DNA of 64,000 nt from Octopus sinensis (taxonomy: Eukaryota), in the NCBI RefSeq assembly GCF_006345805.1, contig NC_043007.1, forward strand, positions 61,194,001 through 61,258,000, in the 5' to 3' direction. Under the pieces are notes generated by a model, which ran no database searches, was not told where the DNA came from, and saw nothing but the letters and a program-made list of their open reading frames with translations. The first letter of the stretch is position 1, and each line of letters starts with the position of its first letter. A program made the position numbers and the translations under genes. Positions 1-14,386 of this stretch are shown piece by piece.

Positions 1-660
1 TATACTATTGTGCCAGTCATTGGGCATGTCAACCTTCTCTATTACCTGATTGACATTTCTTGTGACTAGCACCTGTCCTACTTTGCTGGATATTTTTATC
101 CTTTCCTTGAAAGTCTAGCTGCTCTTCCTACCTTCATATCCCTAACCCTGTTACTGACTGTCAGCTTCAATAGATTGTTTCTCTGTTGAGTCTTTTTGCT
201 GTAGACTTTCTTTGTCTCCTCTATTCATTCTCCTCATATAGCAACTTCACCAAGTAACATTTCCATGTCTCTTCTTGATGTCATTGAAGGCAAGTGTATT
301 GCTGTTGCTCTATATACACCTTGCCTCAATGATGTCTTGATTGATATTGCTTTGTGATCCTGAACACCTCATAATTCTGATCCTTATGTCATAAAACATT
401 GACACTCCTTTTATTTTCAGTTTCTCACTTTGCTATATATACTTGGTGTCTAACTTCTCCTCTAGTTACTGGATATTGTTCTTTGCTTCCTCTTTCTTAC
501 AATTTCTTCAAGCCTGACTTTTAGCTCTGGATCATTTCACCAGCATAACACCTTCTGTGTAGTTGAAACCTTGCTTCCATCTAGATATATCTAGTTTGTA
601 GTTCTCAGCAGAAACTCTCAGTTGTCTTCAACATTTTGACTTTTTATCTCCATCTTCTTT
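1..660 (-). mobile_element. Decayed RTE-clade LINE fragment (endonuclease-RT linker region)
   Basis: Minus-strand translation with stops (RGEVRHQVYIAK*ETENKRSVNVL*HKDQNYEVFRITK...LAFNDIKK) parallels the younger RTE copy near 33800-34020 (RRQVYLARGEADKKKFANVLRREDQRLEVFRVAR). Confidence 0.6.
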
Positions 661-677
661 TCATATGCATGTATGTA

Positions 678-905
678 CAGGGTTGGCCAAAAGTCACCTG
701 ACAGTAAATAAAAACCATTTAATTCCAAGATTTATTTATGTTTAACAACTGAATGAATTTTATAAAAGCATCTAAACTCATCATGAAAATTGATCAAACT
801 GAAGTCCTTCTTGAGTGACACATTTTTCCATTCAAGTCAACACAGAATTACAGATAGTATTTATAGAATTTTGATTTACTGTCAGGTGACTTTTGGCCAA
901 CACTG
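678..905. mobile_element. 228-bp Tc1/mariner-type MITE
   Basis: 32-bp terminal inverted repeats CAGGGTTGGCCAAAAGTCACCTGACAGTAAAT (678-709) and 874-905 with 1 mismatch; TA on both flanks (676-677, 906-907); no ORF. Confidence 0.9.
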
Positions 906-2804
906 TATATGTATTCTCTTGACTTGACACTGCACATTAATCACTGTAATACCAATGGTGTTGTTCATTTGCATTCTTCTTTGAAAACATGCCTGACTAT
1001 TGGGCTGTTTGTGTTTGAAGAACTCATAAAAACATTAGCTTGCTTGGAAACAGGTGAGAGTTGGTTACAGGAAGAGCTTCTGGCCATAGAAAAATTTGCC
1101 TCAAGGAATTTTGTCTGACTTATGCGAGCATGGAAAAGTGGATGTTAAAATTGGGATGTTGATGACAGGTAGTAGTGCCTTTGTAATCTTCTTTCAGTCT
1201 AGTGCTTCTATAGATAAAGAAATAAAGAACATACAATATAAAATGAACTTAAGTTACTGTTCTCTATTAAACAGATTTTTGACTATAAGGATCTCCTCAT
1301 TAGTAACAAACTGGCTGTATACAAAGCAGCTGTGATACCTACTCTCATTTATTACTGTGAAACCCAAGTTATATACAGAATGCATAGAAACTTTCCAACA
1401 AAGAGCAAGTGTTAGGATTGAGTGACCATTGATGAGATCCTACTGTGAGCAAAGACCATCATTATTGAAGATAGTATCCAAAGTATAGCTAAGATGGGCA
1501 AGACACCATGGATACATGCTCAACACTCAAATTCCCACTGAATTCTTTTATTTTGTGCTGCAAATGACAAGAATGTCAGAAGAGATACAGAGATCAACTC
1601 AGGAAGATGCTGCTGAAATGGTGCAAGGTACTTTAGACACAATGTGAAGAACTGGCAAAAGATCACTTTGACTGGTGTTAACTATTGCTGTTAAGTTGCT
1701 TAAGATAGTCTAAACTTAATTATTCTGTCAGAAATCTAGCAGAGGTTCTCACTCCATTAAACTTTTTGTATACAGTTACTCATCTATTCACTTCTTCCTC
1801 CTTATATCTACAATCAGATCTATCTTTCATCATGCCAATGTTGATGGTGTCAGTCCTGATAGGAGAAGATGAGTTTCTAGTAGTGGTTAGGTTGTTTAAA
1901 GATTTTTGCATCTGTAAGAGAGTTGCTGTGATAACATTCAATAGATTCACACATGATCAAATGTTCTCAATTCTGTGCACAAACTAACATACTAAGAGTC
2001 AGTCCTGTGTGCCCAATTAGTGACCATCATGATTTTAGCAGAGTTTTATTGGCTGGATGCCCTTCCTATCTTTAGCCACTTTACAGCTTGGACAATGTAT
2101 TTTATCATGCCAGCATCATTTGAGAAATTTTTTGTCAGTACTAAAGTATTCCTTTTACATTGTTCAATTTTTATTCAGATTACTGCTGTCTTAGATGGGT
2201 TGTCTTTGTTGTGGCTTGCGGAATCCATGTCCCTTCCATTAAGAAGTCTGCATCTCCTTTGTGCAGATATTTTTTATTCAGAATTATTGTTCTTGATGGG
2301 TTGCTTCACTGCTGAATATTGAGTTCTGATCTGCTCCATACAGAATTTTATTTGTAGTTAGTTCTAGTCAGGTTGCTTTCACTATTGCAAATGTTAGAAA
2401 ATGGATGGAAGGGCTTATAGTAGGCTGATGGGTTTGTAGAGAGAGACAGCTGACAGTAGTCCTGGAAGTTGTAGTAATTCAAGTAATGGTCATATTTGTC
2501 ATAGTTATTGGAATTTTGTAATTATAAAGTTGAAAAAAAGCTGTTTACCCTTAGCTAATTCATATCACTGTTGGCTGTGTGTGTGTGTGCACGCGTTTTG
2601 ATGAATTATTATTTCAGAAGTTTTGTTTCTTTGAAGTATTGTTTTCTTTTTTATACCAGTTTATCTAATCAAGAATAAACCTGTCAAAATGTGTGGTTAA
2701 AAATACAAAATATGAAACTCATAATCTGTAAAATCTAACAGTCTACAAAATGTAAAATCTTAGAAATACAATGTGTTTAAAGTCTATAATATTCATTTTT
2801 AAAG

Positions 2805-2880
2805 GTATGCAGTCATTGTTGGCAGCCTTACTGAATATCTTGGGATCCGCCAACAAATTGAATTGGCTTATTCCATCAAG
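2805..2880 (+). CDS. RMDN: RMDN/FAM82-family (regulator of microtubule dynamics, TPR) internal exon, (W)YAVIVGSLTEYLGIRQQIELAYSIK
   Basis: tttttaaag acceptor, GTAAGT donor, phase 2 to 0; resembles RMDN2/3 WYAVLCG...IQSGFSFK. Upstream exons not found inside the window. Confidence 0.88.
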
Positions 2881-3789
2881 GTAAGTTAATTATCTTCATA
2901 TGAACTGTATCATCATCATCATCATTTAGCATCCATATTCTGGCATAGGTTGTCAACATCCCAAAACTAGATATTATGAGACTACGCATCTTATGGTTTA
3001 GCAGTTTAATTAAGGACCAAGTCTTGGACTTATTGTAAAAATGTATAGCTCTTCAGTCATGTCTCACACTAATACTCTGTCATTCTTTTGTAGGTAACAG
3101 CTTCTAGAAGCTTTAGCATTATTGGGTATTATGATATCTAATTAATAATATACAAATATTATGTATTTTATGAAGTGTTTTAAATCTAATTAATTAGATA
3201 ATGTTGCTGGTTTTTTTTTTCTTTTTTGAGCCTTTTTCATAATTTTTTCCAGTTATTGTATTTTATTTTGGCTCTTCCTCTTATCATATGCTCCACTAGA
3301 ATACCTTAGATCTTTGCCTGATGTTTACCTAAGTGTTTTTTATTAGCTAGACTGTGTTTTGTTTCTGTTCTTCATATTTGTTGTCTATGATGTTTGATTT
3401 AGCAGTCAAAGCAGAATATGAGGATGGTGGTCAACATTTGCAAGACTTGTATTACTTAGAAAAATTGACAGTATAGTGAAATTACTGTGGGGAGTGGAAT
3501 ATCCAACATTTTGAACAAACCCTTCTTTTAATTCTCTTCTATCAGGGTAAAGTTGATAAAAGGCAAATAAAAATAAAGCAGAATTTTAGTTTCTGTTTGA
3601 GGAACTAGGTGCTAGTAATGAGGAACCCGGAAGAAGGTATATGAGAAACCTTAGCTATTCCACTCCCCATATTAATTTCACAGTTATCCTTTCTGTTGCA
3701 TTTTCCATATGATACATTTCATGTGTTTTAAATGAGTGGTAGTCGACTGGTTTGAGAACAAGGCATCAGTCTGTTTGTGTGTGTATATA

Positions 3790-4200
3790 TCTCTTTTATT
3801 CTCTTTTACTTGTTTCAGTCATTTGACTGCGGCCATGCTGGAGCACTGCCTTTAGTCGAGCAAATCGACTCAGGACTTATTCTTTGGAAGCCTAGTACTT
3901 ATTCTATTAGTCTCTTTTGCCAAACTGCTGAATTACGGGGACATAAACACACCAGCATCAGTTGTCAAGCGATGTTGGGGGGACAAACACACACACAAAC
4001 ATATACACACACATACATACATATATATACATATATACGATAGGCTTCTTTCAGTTTCCATCTACCAAATCCACTCACAAGGCTTTGGTCTGCCTGAGGC
4101 TATAATAGAAGACACTTGCCCAAGGTGCTATGCAATAGGAATGAACCCGGAACCATGTGATTGGTAAGCAAGCTACTTACTACACACCCACTCCTGCGCC
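3790..4200 (-). mobile_element. tRNA-derived SINE, family B (with internal CA/TA microsatellite)
   Basis: Reverse complement of the 25381-25835 copy (head ...GTGTAGTAAGTAGCTTGCTTACCAATCACATGGTTCCGGGTTCA...; tail ...AATGACTGAAACAAGTAAAAGA). Related copies near 28960-29240, 43600-43770 and 56285-56935. Confidence 0.75.
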
Positions 4201-4620
4201 TACACACACACACAGACAGACAGACAGACAGACAGACAGATAGACGCAGACAAACACAGACAGACACACAAACGGACAGACAAACTGACAGACACACAGA
4301 CGGACAGACACACAAACGGACAGACACACAAACGGACAGACACAAACGGACAGACCACAAACGGACAGACACACAAACGGACAGACAAACTGACAGACAC
4401 ACAGACGGACAGACACACAAACGGACAGACACACAAACGGACAGACACACAAACGGACAGACACACAAACGGACAGACACACAAACGGACAGACACACAA
4501 ACGGACAGACACACAAACGGACAGACACACAAACGGACAGACACACAAACGGACAGACACACAAACGGACAGACACACAGACGGACAGACACACAGACGG
4601 ACAGAGACAGACAAACAGAT
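4201..4620. repeat. (CA)n/(GACA)n grading into a 16-bp minisatellite (ACACACAAACGGACAG)n, roughly 20 units
   Basis: Direct tandem units visible at 4260-4600; source of the spurious VCLSVC/TDRHT ORFs. Confidence 0.95.
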
Positions 4621-7600
4621 GTATGTTGTTTCAGCTGTTTGAAATTTGAATGATATAAAATCTCAGTGCAAAAGTGGCAAAAATACTAAAATAAGTATGA
4701 TGAAAGTCATTGAAAATATCATAGATTTGTTCTGGTCCTTATTACTGTTCATTATTGTTGCAGTTTGCTGTGCTGAAAGTAAGTCTATAAGTGGTTATTT
4801 TTTCCTTGCTGACTGCAGAATCAGTCAAGTTTAATCCTGCTTGACAGAATATAGTGTATTTTTGTCAAATTAAATTTTAATAAAACAAGTAAAACATCTC
4901 AAAAGGCTTACAACTAAATTTGATAAAAAATAAAAAAAAAGCTTTGCATTTAATTCATCTTCTACTGTGCCTGACTGGTTTTGGTTCTATCATGAAATTC
5001 AAATTCAACTCGCAGATTTTAAGTACTTGATACCCCTTTTTATTTTTGGTAGGAGTTTTTGACACTTAGTTTCTCTTCTCTTTTGGTTGCTTCACACCCA
5101 ATTTAGCCTGTCTTTTGGGTGTTTCATGTTCAATTTACCTTCTCTTTTGGGTGTTCGATATCTTGTTTATCCTCACTCGTTGTTGCTTGAAACCCATTTT
5201 TCCCTCTTTCTTGGGTGTTTAATACCTAGTTTCTGCTTTGTAGTTGATTGTCACAATTGTTTTTAGGGTTCATTTTCCCCTTCTGATATCTAATTCACAG
5301 TTGGTGTTATGTTTGTTAGTGCTATTTGGAGTTGGGGGTTGATGATGTTGAGTTGTTTCAGTTGGCTATACTTGACTGAACCTATAGCACCATTCACTGA
5401 CTCCATTACAAAGATGTTTCATCATTTACACATCTTGATGACATACCTTCGCACTGTTTTCATCCAATCAATGTTTGTCATTATTTAATGACTAGTCAAT
5501 AGTTTTAGATCAAAAATATCTAGTGTTCTCTCAAAAAGTCAGCTCAGCTAAGACATTGAATTTTATTGGTCACATGACCCTGTTACATAAATATAATAGA
5601 AAGCTTGTAAGAAAAGTCACTTGACTGTATGTTGGTGGCTGTTTCAACCAATCAGAATTGTTACTTTAAGCATGTTTGTTTACTTTAGAATGCTTGGAAT
5701 AAACCTTATTGTTTTTTCTTCAAGATGAATGGTTTTTGACGTTTTGAAGAGAGTTAGACATCTATGAATCAATCCCATGCTGCATGAACTTATAAACTCT
5801 CACAAGTATATAAATGATATGCATGTGTACTCACACACGCACTATTATCAGGAGCAAATTCTCTCACAAACAGAATTTGTTTTATTATGTTTGAAATATC
5901 TTCTGCTGCATGTTAATTTCCCCACAAACATTATACTGAATTCTATCATATTTTCATAAATATGATTTCTTCTATATCTTTGGAATATGAAACTTGTTCA
6001 TATGAACTGATATATTTTTATACATTATCATGATTTGGTTTCATTGTTCATTTCAAATGTGTCTTAATTTTTCATTATGTGTCTTGCTGCATTTTGTTTT
6101 GATCAGTAATGTTATAAGTGCTTCCATATTTCTTATGCACTATGCTTTTTACTGTTATTCTTATCTTGTCCGGTATTTGGTTTTGATCTGTTGAGATCAA
6201 TGTAGTTGTTCTTAATAAATTAGATAAATTTTGAAATAACATTTGTAATGTTTTCCTAATTACTTCATTTATTCATTAAAGCAACATCCAGTACGTACAC
6301 ACACACACACACACATTTGAGATGTTTGATGTATCTGTTTGGGTCAAATTTCATTATGAAATCCTCTCATTAGAGGGTGGAAATTTTTTTCATCATGTAT
6401 TGGCACTAATATTAAGATAAAGTGGACAGTGAGTTTGCAGTAATGTATTATGTTATTTAGTCACCTTATGTTCTGAGTTGAAATATTTTCTGAATTGAGT
6501 TTGCTTTTCATCTACCTGAAATTGATAAAAATGTAACCAGTGTATCAGTAAATATACTGAGGTGTGTTACTGATACTTATTGAATTGTTTACATTCTCTC
6601 TTCTACAAAACTTGGGTTTGTGGCTACTAAAACAAAATATTCATAACATTTACAAAAGAAACTATAATCTTGATCCTTTCCTAATCTTGGATTAGAAAAT
6701 GTATCTCTGGGGGTCTTTGTTCAATCAATTTATTAATTTGATAATTCATTGAGCGAGCAGGCTGCTTTTGTAGATCCAATCAATCTGTTTAGACATGAAA
6801 AGACTCCTCTTTGCCCTGAATATTTAATCAAAAATTTCACATGCATTAAATTTGAAGTTACCCATTGACAAAGTCTTTAAAATCCCATTAAATAACAGTT
6901 TGAGCTGTAAAACCAAAACAGTAATTTAATCGAAGTTATAATCCTATGATTTGTAAAATTAAAGTTTCATTAATTTTCTCAGCACAGACTCAATCTTGCA
7001 GATTCTTATGATACCCTTGACGCTAAAAATGTTTCTAACCTCTGCTAAAGACTTACTCAATCTGCTAAATATTTCTTGATTTACACTCTACTGTCTAAAA
7101 AAAATTGGAAGGGCACATTGAATAATGTCCTAGGTATACTATGTTTGAAATAAAAGCTGGAGTGATCATAACTTTGATCATAAGGCTGCTTAGTCATGGG
7201 TGATTTTGAGTTGATTGTCAATAATAATTTCTTTCTTTTTTCATACCCCTTAAAATCCGTTTTAGAGAGTAAAAGTTAAAGAAATTTCATCCTATTCCAG
7301 CACACAATTAACTCTATTCTGTTCACTCTTTAGAAAGATAGAAAAAAAAAACTGTTTATTTTCATCATTATTGATTAACTCAGATCAGTAATCAAGAGAC
7401 TGATTTTAAAATTCAGAAGGGTTTATAGGAGCTGTAGATCTAAATATAAAGGGTCTTGTCTTACTTTCAAAGGATAAGATCCCCTATATGATCCTTCACC
7501 CCTAATATACCCAGTAATGTGTACCTGTAATATACAATAGTTAAATAGGCCAGTAATATATCTAGTAATATACATCAATATACCAGTAATATACCCAGGT

Positions 7601-8904
7601 TTTGTCTCCATTGTTATTTCTACTTAGTACTTTCCACAAAGATTTTTTTTCTAAAAAAGACACATGGAGCTAGTTCTGTGTCTGCAATAATTTTGGGATA
7701 TACAATTAATTTTTCACAGGTGATCTGCTGAAATAAAAGCTTTGTTTGGGTAAGATAGTCTTATTCTTTTCTAACATTTTGGGGAGCAGTTTTTTTATTG
7801 TTGGTTTGTTTGTTGGTTGTTTATTTTTTTGTTTCATTTGTATTTTGCTAATTTTTTTTTTTGACCTGACAACTAAATATTAATAGAGCAATCAGATGGA
7901 AATATACCTGTCTAACTTATATATACCTCCTCTATTTTTTAACTGTATTTTCATTTTCTTGCAGACATTGTCTTAATCATCATCAATTTATGTCTATTTT
8001 CCATAGTGGTTAGATTTCATAATTTTAGTGAATGCCATTATTCACACCAGCTCTGATGTTTAGAACACACATTCAATGTTTTCCTGTACATTTATCTCTA
8101 ATATTAATCTTCTCTACTTACAACACTGAAAAAGAAAAAAAAATTTTGACTATATAACTTATTTTTGATTGGATTTAGAGAAGCTAGAATTTTAAATAAC
8201 TTGATATTCATTTTTACTAAAGTTGTTGTTGCTGCTGTTGTTGTTATTATTATTAATATTTACAAAATAGATAAATCTATACTTATGTACTACATTTTTT
8301 TCCCTTATGTTTCTCCAGTGTTTAACGTGTTAAACTGCTTTCACTGGAACACATATTATTGTGTTCATATTCACATATATTTTTCTTTTTATCTATGTAT
8401 GCATATACGGCGTGTGTGTGTGTATTTCTATATATAATTTACTTAAGTTTTTCATCAATAACAAAAATAAAGCAAAACTCAAACTAATGTGACCTTGTAA
8501 TATTCAATAGCTAAAATTTATTAGACCTCCCCATCCCCCACCAAAATAAACAGTGTCTGAAATAAACATGAGACTGATATCCCCCTCTTCTGATAATAGG
8601 AAGAATTTACAGCACTAGATATTCAATAACTGTATGAAGTAAGACTAAAGAAAATACAAATAATATTTGTGAGATGTAGGTGAGAATTGACTCTACATTT
8701 CGTTATCATCCAAGTAGATTAGGCTCGTGCTACTGACTAAGTTCTTTCCAATAACATCATTGATCCTGTTGACTAAATTAAAAATGCAGTAAATGCTGCA
8801 CTAATGAAAACATTGATTTATTGATTGGTTTTTAACCTCAAAAAGTTTCTAAAAGTGTTTCATTAAAATTGATGTTGGGAGATTATGATTATGATTATTA
8901 TTAT

Positions 8905-9590
8905 TTTTGTTATTATCATTGTAAGCTGGCAGAATGGTTAGCATGCTGTACAAAATGCTTTGCAGTATTTCTTCTGGTTTTATGTCTGAGTTCATATTCC
9001 ACTGAAATTGACTTTTATCTTTCATCCCTTTGGGGTTGATAAAATAAGTACCAGTTGAGCACTGAGATTGATGTAATTGACTTACCCTGCCCACAAAATT
9101 GCATACCTTATGCTTATAGTAGAAAGGATTATTATTACTACTACAATTATTATTATTATTATTAAGGAGGCGGGGTGGCAGAACTATTAGTGTGCTGGAT
9201 GAAATGCACTGCTGGGTTTGAGTTCTGAGTTCAAATTCTACTGAGGTCAACTCTGCCTTTTATCCTTTCAGTGTTGATAAAATAGGTACCAGTTGAGCAT
9301 TAGGGTTGATGTAGTCAACTTGCCCCCTTCCTTGAATTGCTGGCTTTGTGCCAAAATTTGAAACCTTTATTATTATTATTAAGGCAGAATCATTGGCATG
9401 TTGGATGAAATGCTTAGCAATATTTTGCCCGTCGCTATGTTCTGAGTTCAAATTCCAATAAGGTTGACTTTGCCTTTCATCCTTTTGGGGTCAATAAATT
9501 AAGTACATGTGAAGCACTGGGGTTGATGTAATCGACTTAACCTCTCCCACCAAATTTCAGGTCTTGTGCCTTTAATAGAAAGTATTATTA
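8905..9590 (+). mobile_element. Head-to-tail cluster of 3-4 tRNA-derived SINEs (family A) separated by (TAT)n
   Basis: Repeated heads with box A-like TGGCAGAA..GTTAGC and box B-like GAGTTCAAATTC, shared CCTTTCATCCTTT.GGGGT body, (ATT)n tails. Confidence 0.8.
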
Positions 9591-10260
9591 TTTTCCTTAT
9601 GGACTTTCTGAGGCAAACTAGCATGGTACTCATCCATGGTTTTTGCGACAGTAAATGTATACAATATAAATTTGTCCCTAGATTTGAACAGAAGTCTGTC
9701 AGAACTAACTTTATTCCTACAACTAACTTTATTCTCATCATATGAAATTGAACTTAAAACTGTCAGCCACTGAGTCTACTAATCATTGTTATGCTTCTGC
9801 TGTTTGCCTTCTAGCAGGACAGGGCCATTGAAAACTAAGTATTATTGCCTTTGATATATCACCGAATTTCTGGCATGATAGGAACATCAACTCCTAGATT
9901 GAGTTTCAGATATTTTAAATTCAGCCATTTATTCTTTGATGTAGTCAGAAATGAAGTTCTAAATATTTACATGCCATGTTGCTCACCATTTGCTGGCATC
10001 ATACCTATATGAAATAATTCAGAAGATGAAACTTTTTAACAGAATAGTGTTTAACTTTGAAATAATTTCTTGGAGTTAGGTACATTGCTCTTTCTGCTGG
10101 CCACAAAGAGCTTGGTATCCTCATGCTTAATAAAACCAGTTACAGTTCTAGCTGTCTTGGGCATCAGTTCAACTAAATTAGGATATCACTAATTTTGAAA
10201 AGATTCATTAATCACTCAGTATATGTTTTCATATATGTTCATTCTGTTTTATCTTTTCAG

Positions 10261-10338
10261 TACCATATTGAACAAGGTTTGAAGCTCAATCCAAAAGATG
10301 CTTTCCTTCACTACATGCTGGGTAGATGGCACTATAGG
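10261..10338 (+). CDS. RMDN: RMDN exon YHIEQGLKLNPKDAFLHYMLGRWHYR
   Basis: atcttttcag acceptor, GTAAGA donor, phase 0-0; matches the RMDN consensus EH..KAI.LNP.D....Y.LGRWCY. Confidence 0.93.
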
Positions 10339-10949
10339 GTAAGAAATTTTTAAAAACTACTACACTGCAATGAGACAAAAAAGAAGAAATAGAAAAACTA
10401 TCAACTTGATTAGCAGTTTGTTATTTCTAGGTATTACTTATTTTTATTTCTGTTATGATAAATAGAGCATTTTTAGTCAGAATTTCAGACAAAAAAATTA
10501 TGAGTTCAAGATCCATCATTTTTATGTGTTACAAGGCAAGGAACTGTTCTCACTTATTTGTTTAGTTGTTAAAAGGCCATGAGGTCATGTGCTATTTCTG
10601 TGCCTATTTTCAAGTTTGTGTGCAACTCTGTTGAGGACTGCTTAATTCTTACCAAATATTTTGTGAATTATACATATAATTTCAAAAACTGATCATTCTC
10701 ATTGCTAAAAGTTACTCATTAATCTATAAAAAACAAGAGCACTCAGAGAGTGCAAACCTCTGCCAAGGCAACACCAATGTCCTCTCAACAATTATCTAGA
10801 GATGATTTTTAAAATGAGAATATCTGAAATAAACTTGACTGCTCTCACAAACGAGAATACTAAAAATGAACTCAACCACTCTCAAAAATTGAGTAAAAAA
10901 ATCGGAAAAAAATTCAGAATCCTTGTCCAGTACCTGATTGATCCCAATG

Positions 10950-11165
10950 GTAGTCATGGAATGCAAATGTGGGTGTGCTGGCCGTGTTTGTAATGCTGTG
11001 TGTGTGCCATCTGCAGTGGGAACTGGGACAGTTTTCTTCATGATGGCCTTTTTTTAGTCTATCCACTGATATAGTGTCTTTATGACTATTAAGGTCTATA
11101 ATGAAAAATTTATCCATGCATGAAAGAAAACGGAAAGGACCTGCGTACAGTGCTGCTAACAGAGG
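10950..11165 (-). mobile_element. Gypsy/Ty3 pol remnant (integrase C-terminal GPF/Y region)
   Basis: Minus translation PLLAALYAGPFRFLSCMDKFFIIDLNSHKDTISVDRLKK fits the GP(F/Y)...D.VS.DRLKP motif; no LTR seen. Confidence 0.7.
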
Positions 11166-12953
11166 TTTAATAACATTGTTGCATGCAAAAATGTGAGTCC
11201 AACAAGTAAAGCTTCCTTCAAAACAGCTAGAAATTCAATTGTCATGTAGGTAAGAGGTTTTAAACAGGAGTAATATATTCAAAATTGGTAAAACTAAAAA
11301 TTGTCAATGATAAATTACATTTTTGTTACTGAATATGTTAGTGTTATTTAATTTCTGAATGGTTTTGCTGCCGTTTGTTTATGTAGTTTGATTTCTTTAT
11401 CCATCAGTTTTTAAGTTAGAGATGTGAGTAAAATTAATGATAGAGAAATGAAAGTAAAACTTTGGAAACAGCAACACTGCCGTAACTTACATGGAAACCA
11501 TGCGAGTGCTTTCAAGGGAGATAATCAGAGAAAGACTTAAAAGTGAATGTAAGATCATAATACTTCATGTAAAGTAAAGTAAATACAACAAATAATCCAG
11601 AATCCTTGCCCTGTACCAGATCGATCCCAAAATCTAATCAGTTTGTGTCAGTCACGAGGCCAAACATCCCTGAAAGTTTCATCTGAATCCATCCAATGGA
11701 TCTTGAAATATCTTGTCTGTGGGCAAACAAACAAACATGACTGAAAAGAATATCTCCACCTTTGCTAAGATGAAAGTAATAAAGATTTTCTATTACTTCT
11801 TGCTTTCCACATTTTCGCAAAAGTTATATGTTAAGGCAATCACAGAAGTACTCATATGATGATGTCAGTAAAGCAACTGACCAATTATGATTGTTGTACC
11901 TTATGGTTGAGATCAAGATGTTGCTATGAGTAGAAAACATGCTTTGAGGATAACTTAGTGTCCTGTTGCACTGCTCCCTACTGCAACAACGAGTTGTTTC
12001 TTCTTCCTTTACTGTCACCTATTTCAAGCACTTACGAAATATAGTTATGGAGATTACCTTTCCTCCTTTTACTAAGCCATAACAAAATATGACTGTACTA
12101 GTGCATTTTACACATCCAGAGATTACAACAGCTTTGTAATATCTCAACAATAATGATAACAACAAGAACAGGTTTGATGAACTACTTCGATGCCATTGCT
12201 TTACTTAAGTTGAGCTGACTGAAGTGACTCAATCTTAACACTTATGTGCTATCTGTGAACCAGTCTTTCAGTGTCAAATGATCCGTCACACATTGTCATT
12301 AACAGATAAAGCAAATTATCATTATAAGAGTGCAATAAGCCTTTTACCAAATAAATACACTAATTGATAAAATTATTCAATCTATTTTGGTCTATTGCAT
12401 TATTTTTATTTTTTATGTTTGTAATCTCAGGCAACATGCTTAGAGTATAGTAAAATAACAGGGTAACACCATTAGTAGGATATATTAGAAAGGTAAAGGA
12501 GGAGAGTGAATTAAAATAAAATGAAATGAAATAAAATAAAACTAGAAAAAATACAGTAAAAAGTCTTAGAGTACAAGGAAGTAGGAGGAGGTTTAATTCT
12601 CCATAATAGATTTATGGATATAAAAATTTTCAAAGATTCATGGATGATACCCTGTTATCTTATACTTTGTTTTATATCTAAGCTCTATGTATATTTAAAG
12701 TTGATGTGGAAGTTACGAAATAAGTTTATTCTAGGGTGTTGTTTTGTATTTGATTTTTGTAGTTTTAGACAGAATGTTTGAGACTGCAAAGATGACTACT
12801 GTGCAATTTTATATTTGTTGTTTGTGTATGAAGATGGAAACTGTTGCAGTCAGACCTTCATAGACTTACCTGTCATATTTACTTTCCTTGATCTTGAATG
12901 GCTGAAATGTATTTCATTGAAGTTTTTCTTTCTTTTTTTTTCTTTTTTACCAG

Positions 12954-13055
12954 GTGTATATGATGACTTGGATGGAGCGGAAAATTGCACATCTCATATT
13001 TGACAACAATCCCCCGCAGACGTCTCCACAAGAGACCTTAGCTCATTTCATGACG
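12954..13055 (+). CDS. RMDN: RMDN exon VYMMTWMERKIAHLIFDNNPPQTSPQETLAHFMT
   Basis: Long pyrimidine tract + cag, GTAAAA donor, phase 0-0; matches V..LSW.E.K.A..LF..PP.AT..EAL..F. Confidence 0.92.
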
Positions 13056-13581
13056 GTAAAATACCTTTACTTTAACTATCTATATTTTGTTTTCTTTATT
13101 GTTAGTCTCTGCTATCTTATTTAATTCATTGTACAGATTACCAGTTATTATTGATTAAAAGTGATTTGCTTTAGAATATTTTTATTGCTGTTCATAGTAC
13201 TGCAAATGACTTGCATTGTACCATGCAATGAAGCACTTGCATAGTTTCATTTAACTGTTTAGCATTTGGATTATTCTGTCAAATGTATTTATTCACATTC
13301 TTTGGAATTATTCATGCACTATTTTGTAGCTTTGAGATTTTCATGATGTGATTGTTCATTTTTAGAAAAAAACATTGTAGGATAGGTGTAAGAGGCTAGA
13401 TCTGGCTGGTTTGAACATAACACAGAATATTTGGGCTATAAGTGGCTGGTTGAAATGCTAAAGAGTTAATTGATGCTGAAAACATTGATATTTGTGACAT
13501 AATTAAAATTAAGTAATGTAACCCCGACTGATTTTTGGAAAATTAGCCCACATATCTGAATATTTGGTGATAGAAGCCAGC

Positions 13582-13855
13582 TTAGTTAGTTAGTTAGTTA
13601 GTTAGTTAATTTTTTGAGTTCAGGCCATTTGTAGTCAAGGGAGACTTTGAACCGAGCGGTCGTCGGCATCTTCACTATCTCGTCCGGCAGCTTATTCCAC
13701 GGATCCGCAACCCAGACGGAGAAAGCCCCTCTCCTTTGATTGAGATGAAATCGTCGCAGATAGAGCTTTTCAGAGTGACCCCGCAGCCGACGCTCTGGAG
13801 CAGGAGTGAAGAACTGCTCTTTCGAGAGGTTACACTTTCCGCTTGTCAAACACTA
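13582..13855 (-). mobile_element. 5'-truncated CR1-type LINE 3' end, antisense in an RMDN intron
   Basis: ORF 13598-13849 RLRGHSEKL...RRGAFSVWVADPWNKLPDEIV...FKVSLD matches the CR1 ORF2 C-terminus; (TAAC)n tail at 13582-13608; CpG-rich relative to flanks, so probably young. Confidence 0.85.
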
Positions 13856-14386
13856 GTATTAGGTATTCACTGTTAGAAAAGAGAAGTGAACAAATCAGTT
13901 GAATAAATTTTAGTTATTGCTAAATAATTGATTGTGTCAATGGGACATGGCTGACTGCTTTATGTTTATACATTTTATAAAGAAAGTTAGCCTGGAGTAG
14001 TTTTCTATAAGCTTCTCCAGATGATTTGAACTGTCCACTAATTTGATAAAACTCATCAAGTGGGTTTTGTCAAACTCACCATTCAAAACAGTTTCTTGTT
14101 ATGTTTGGTTATCAGTCTGAGAAAAAAAAAAAAAGAAGAAAAAAGATGGGACGGTGGTAAACCTTTGATCACATCTGCTTCATCAGAGCTGATCAAGTTT
14201 TACATAATAACTACATGGTATTGAAAAAAAAATGATCCCTGATTTTTTCCAGAATTCAATTTGACCCTAAAAGTTTGACATTGGAGAAATAAAGAGAATG
14301 ATTTTTTTTTTTTTTTGTCATATTTACTTTCTGACCAGTTAAATTGTGCATTTATCTATGTAAAGTACTTTTTAATTTACTTTTAG

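Noticed and set aside
909-2000. Possible decayed LINE RT on the minus strand
   Set aside because: Only vague LLPVL..VSKV-like similarity; no diagnostic motif could be confirmed.
4100-4649. Overlapping 130-164 aa ORFs (VCLSVC..., TDRHT...)
   Set aside because: Translations of a 16-bp minisatellite; no coding signal.
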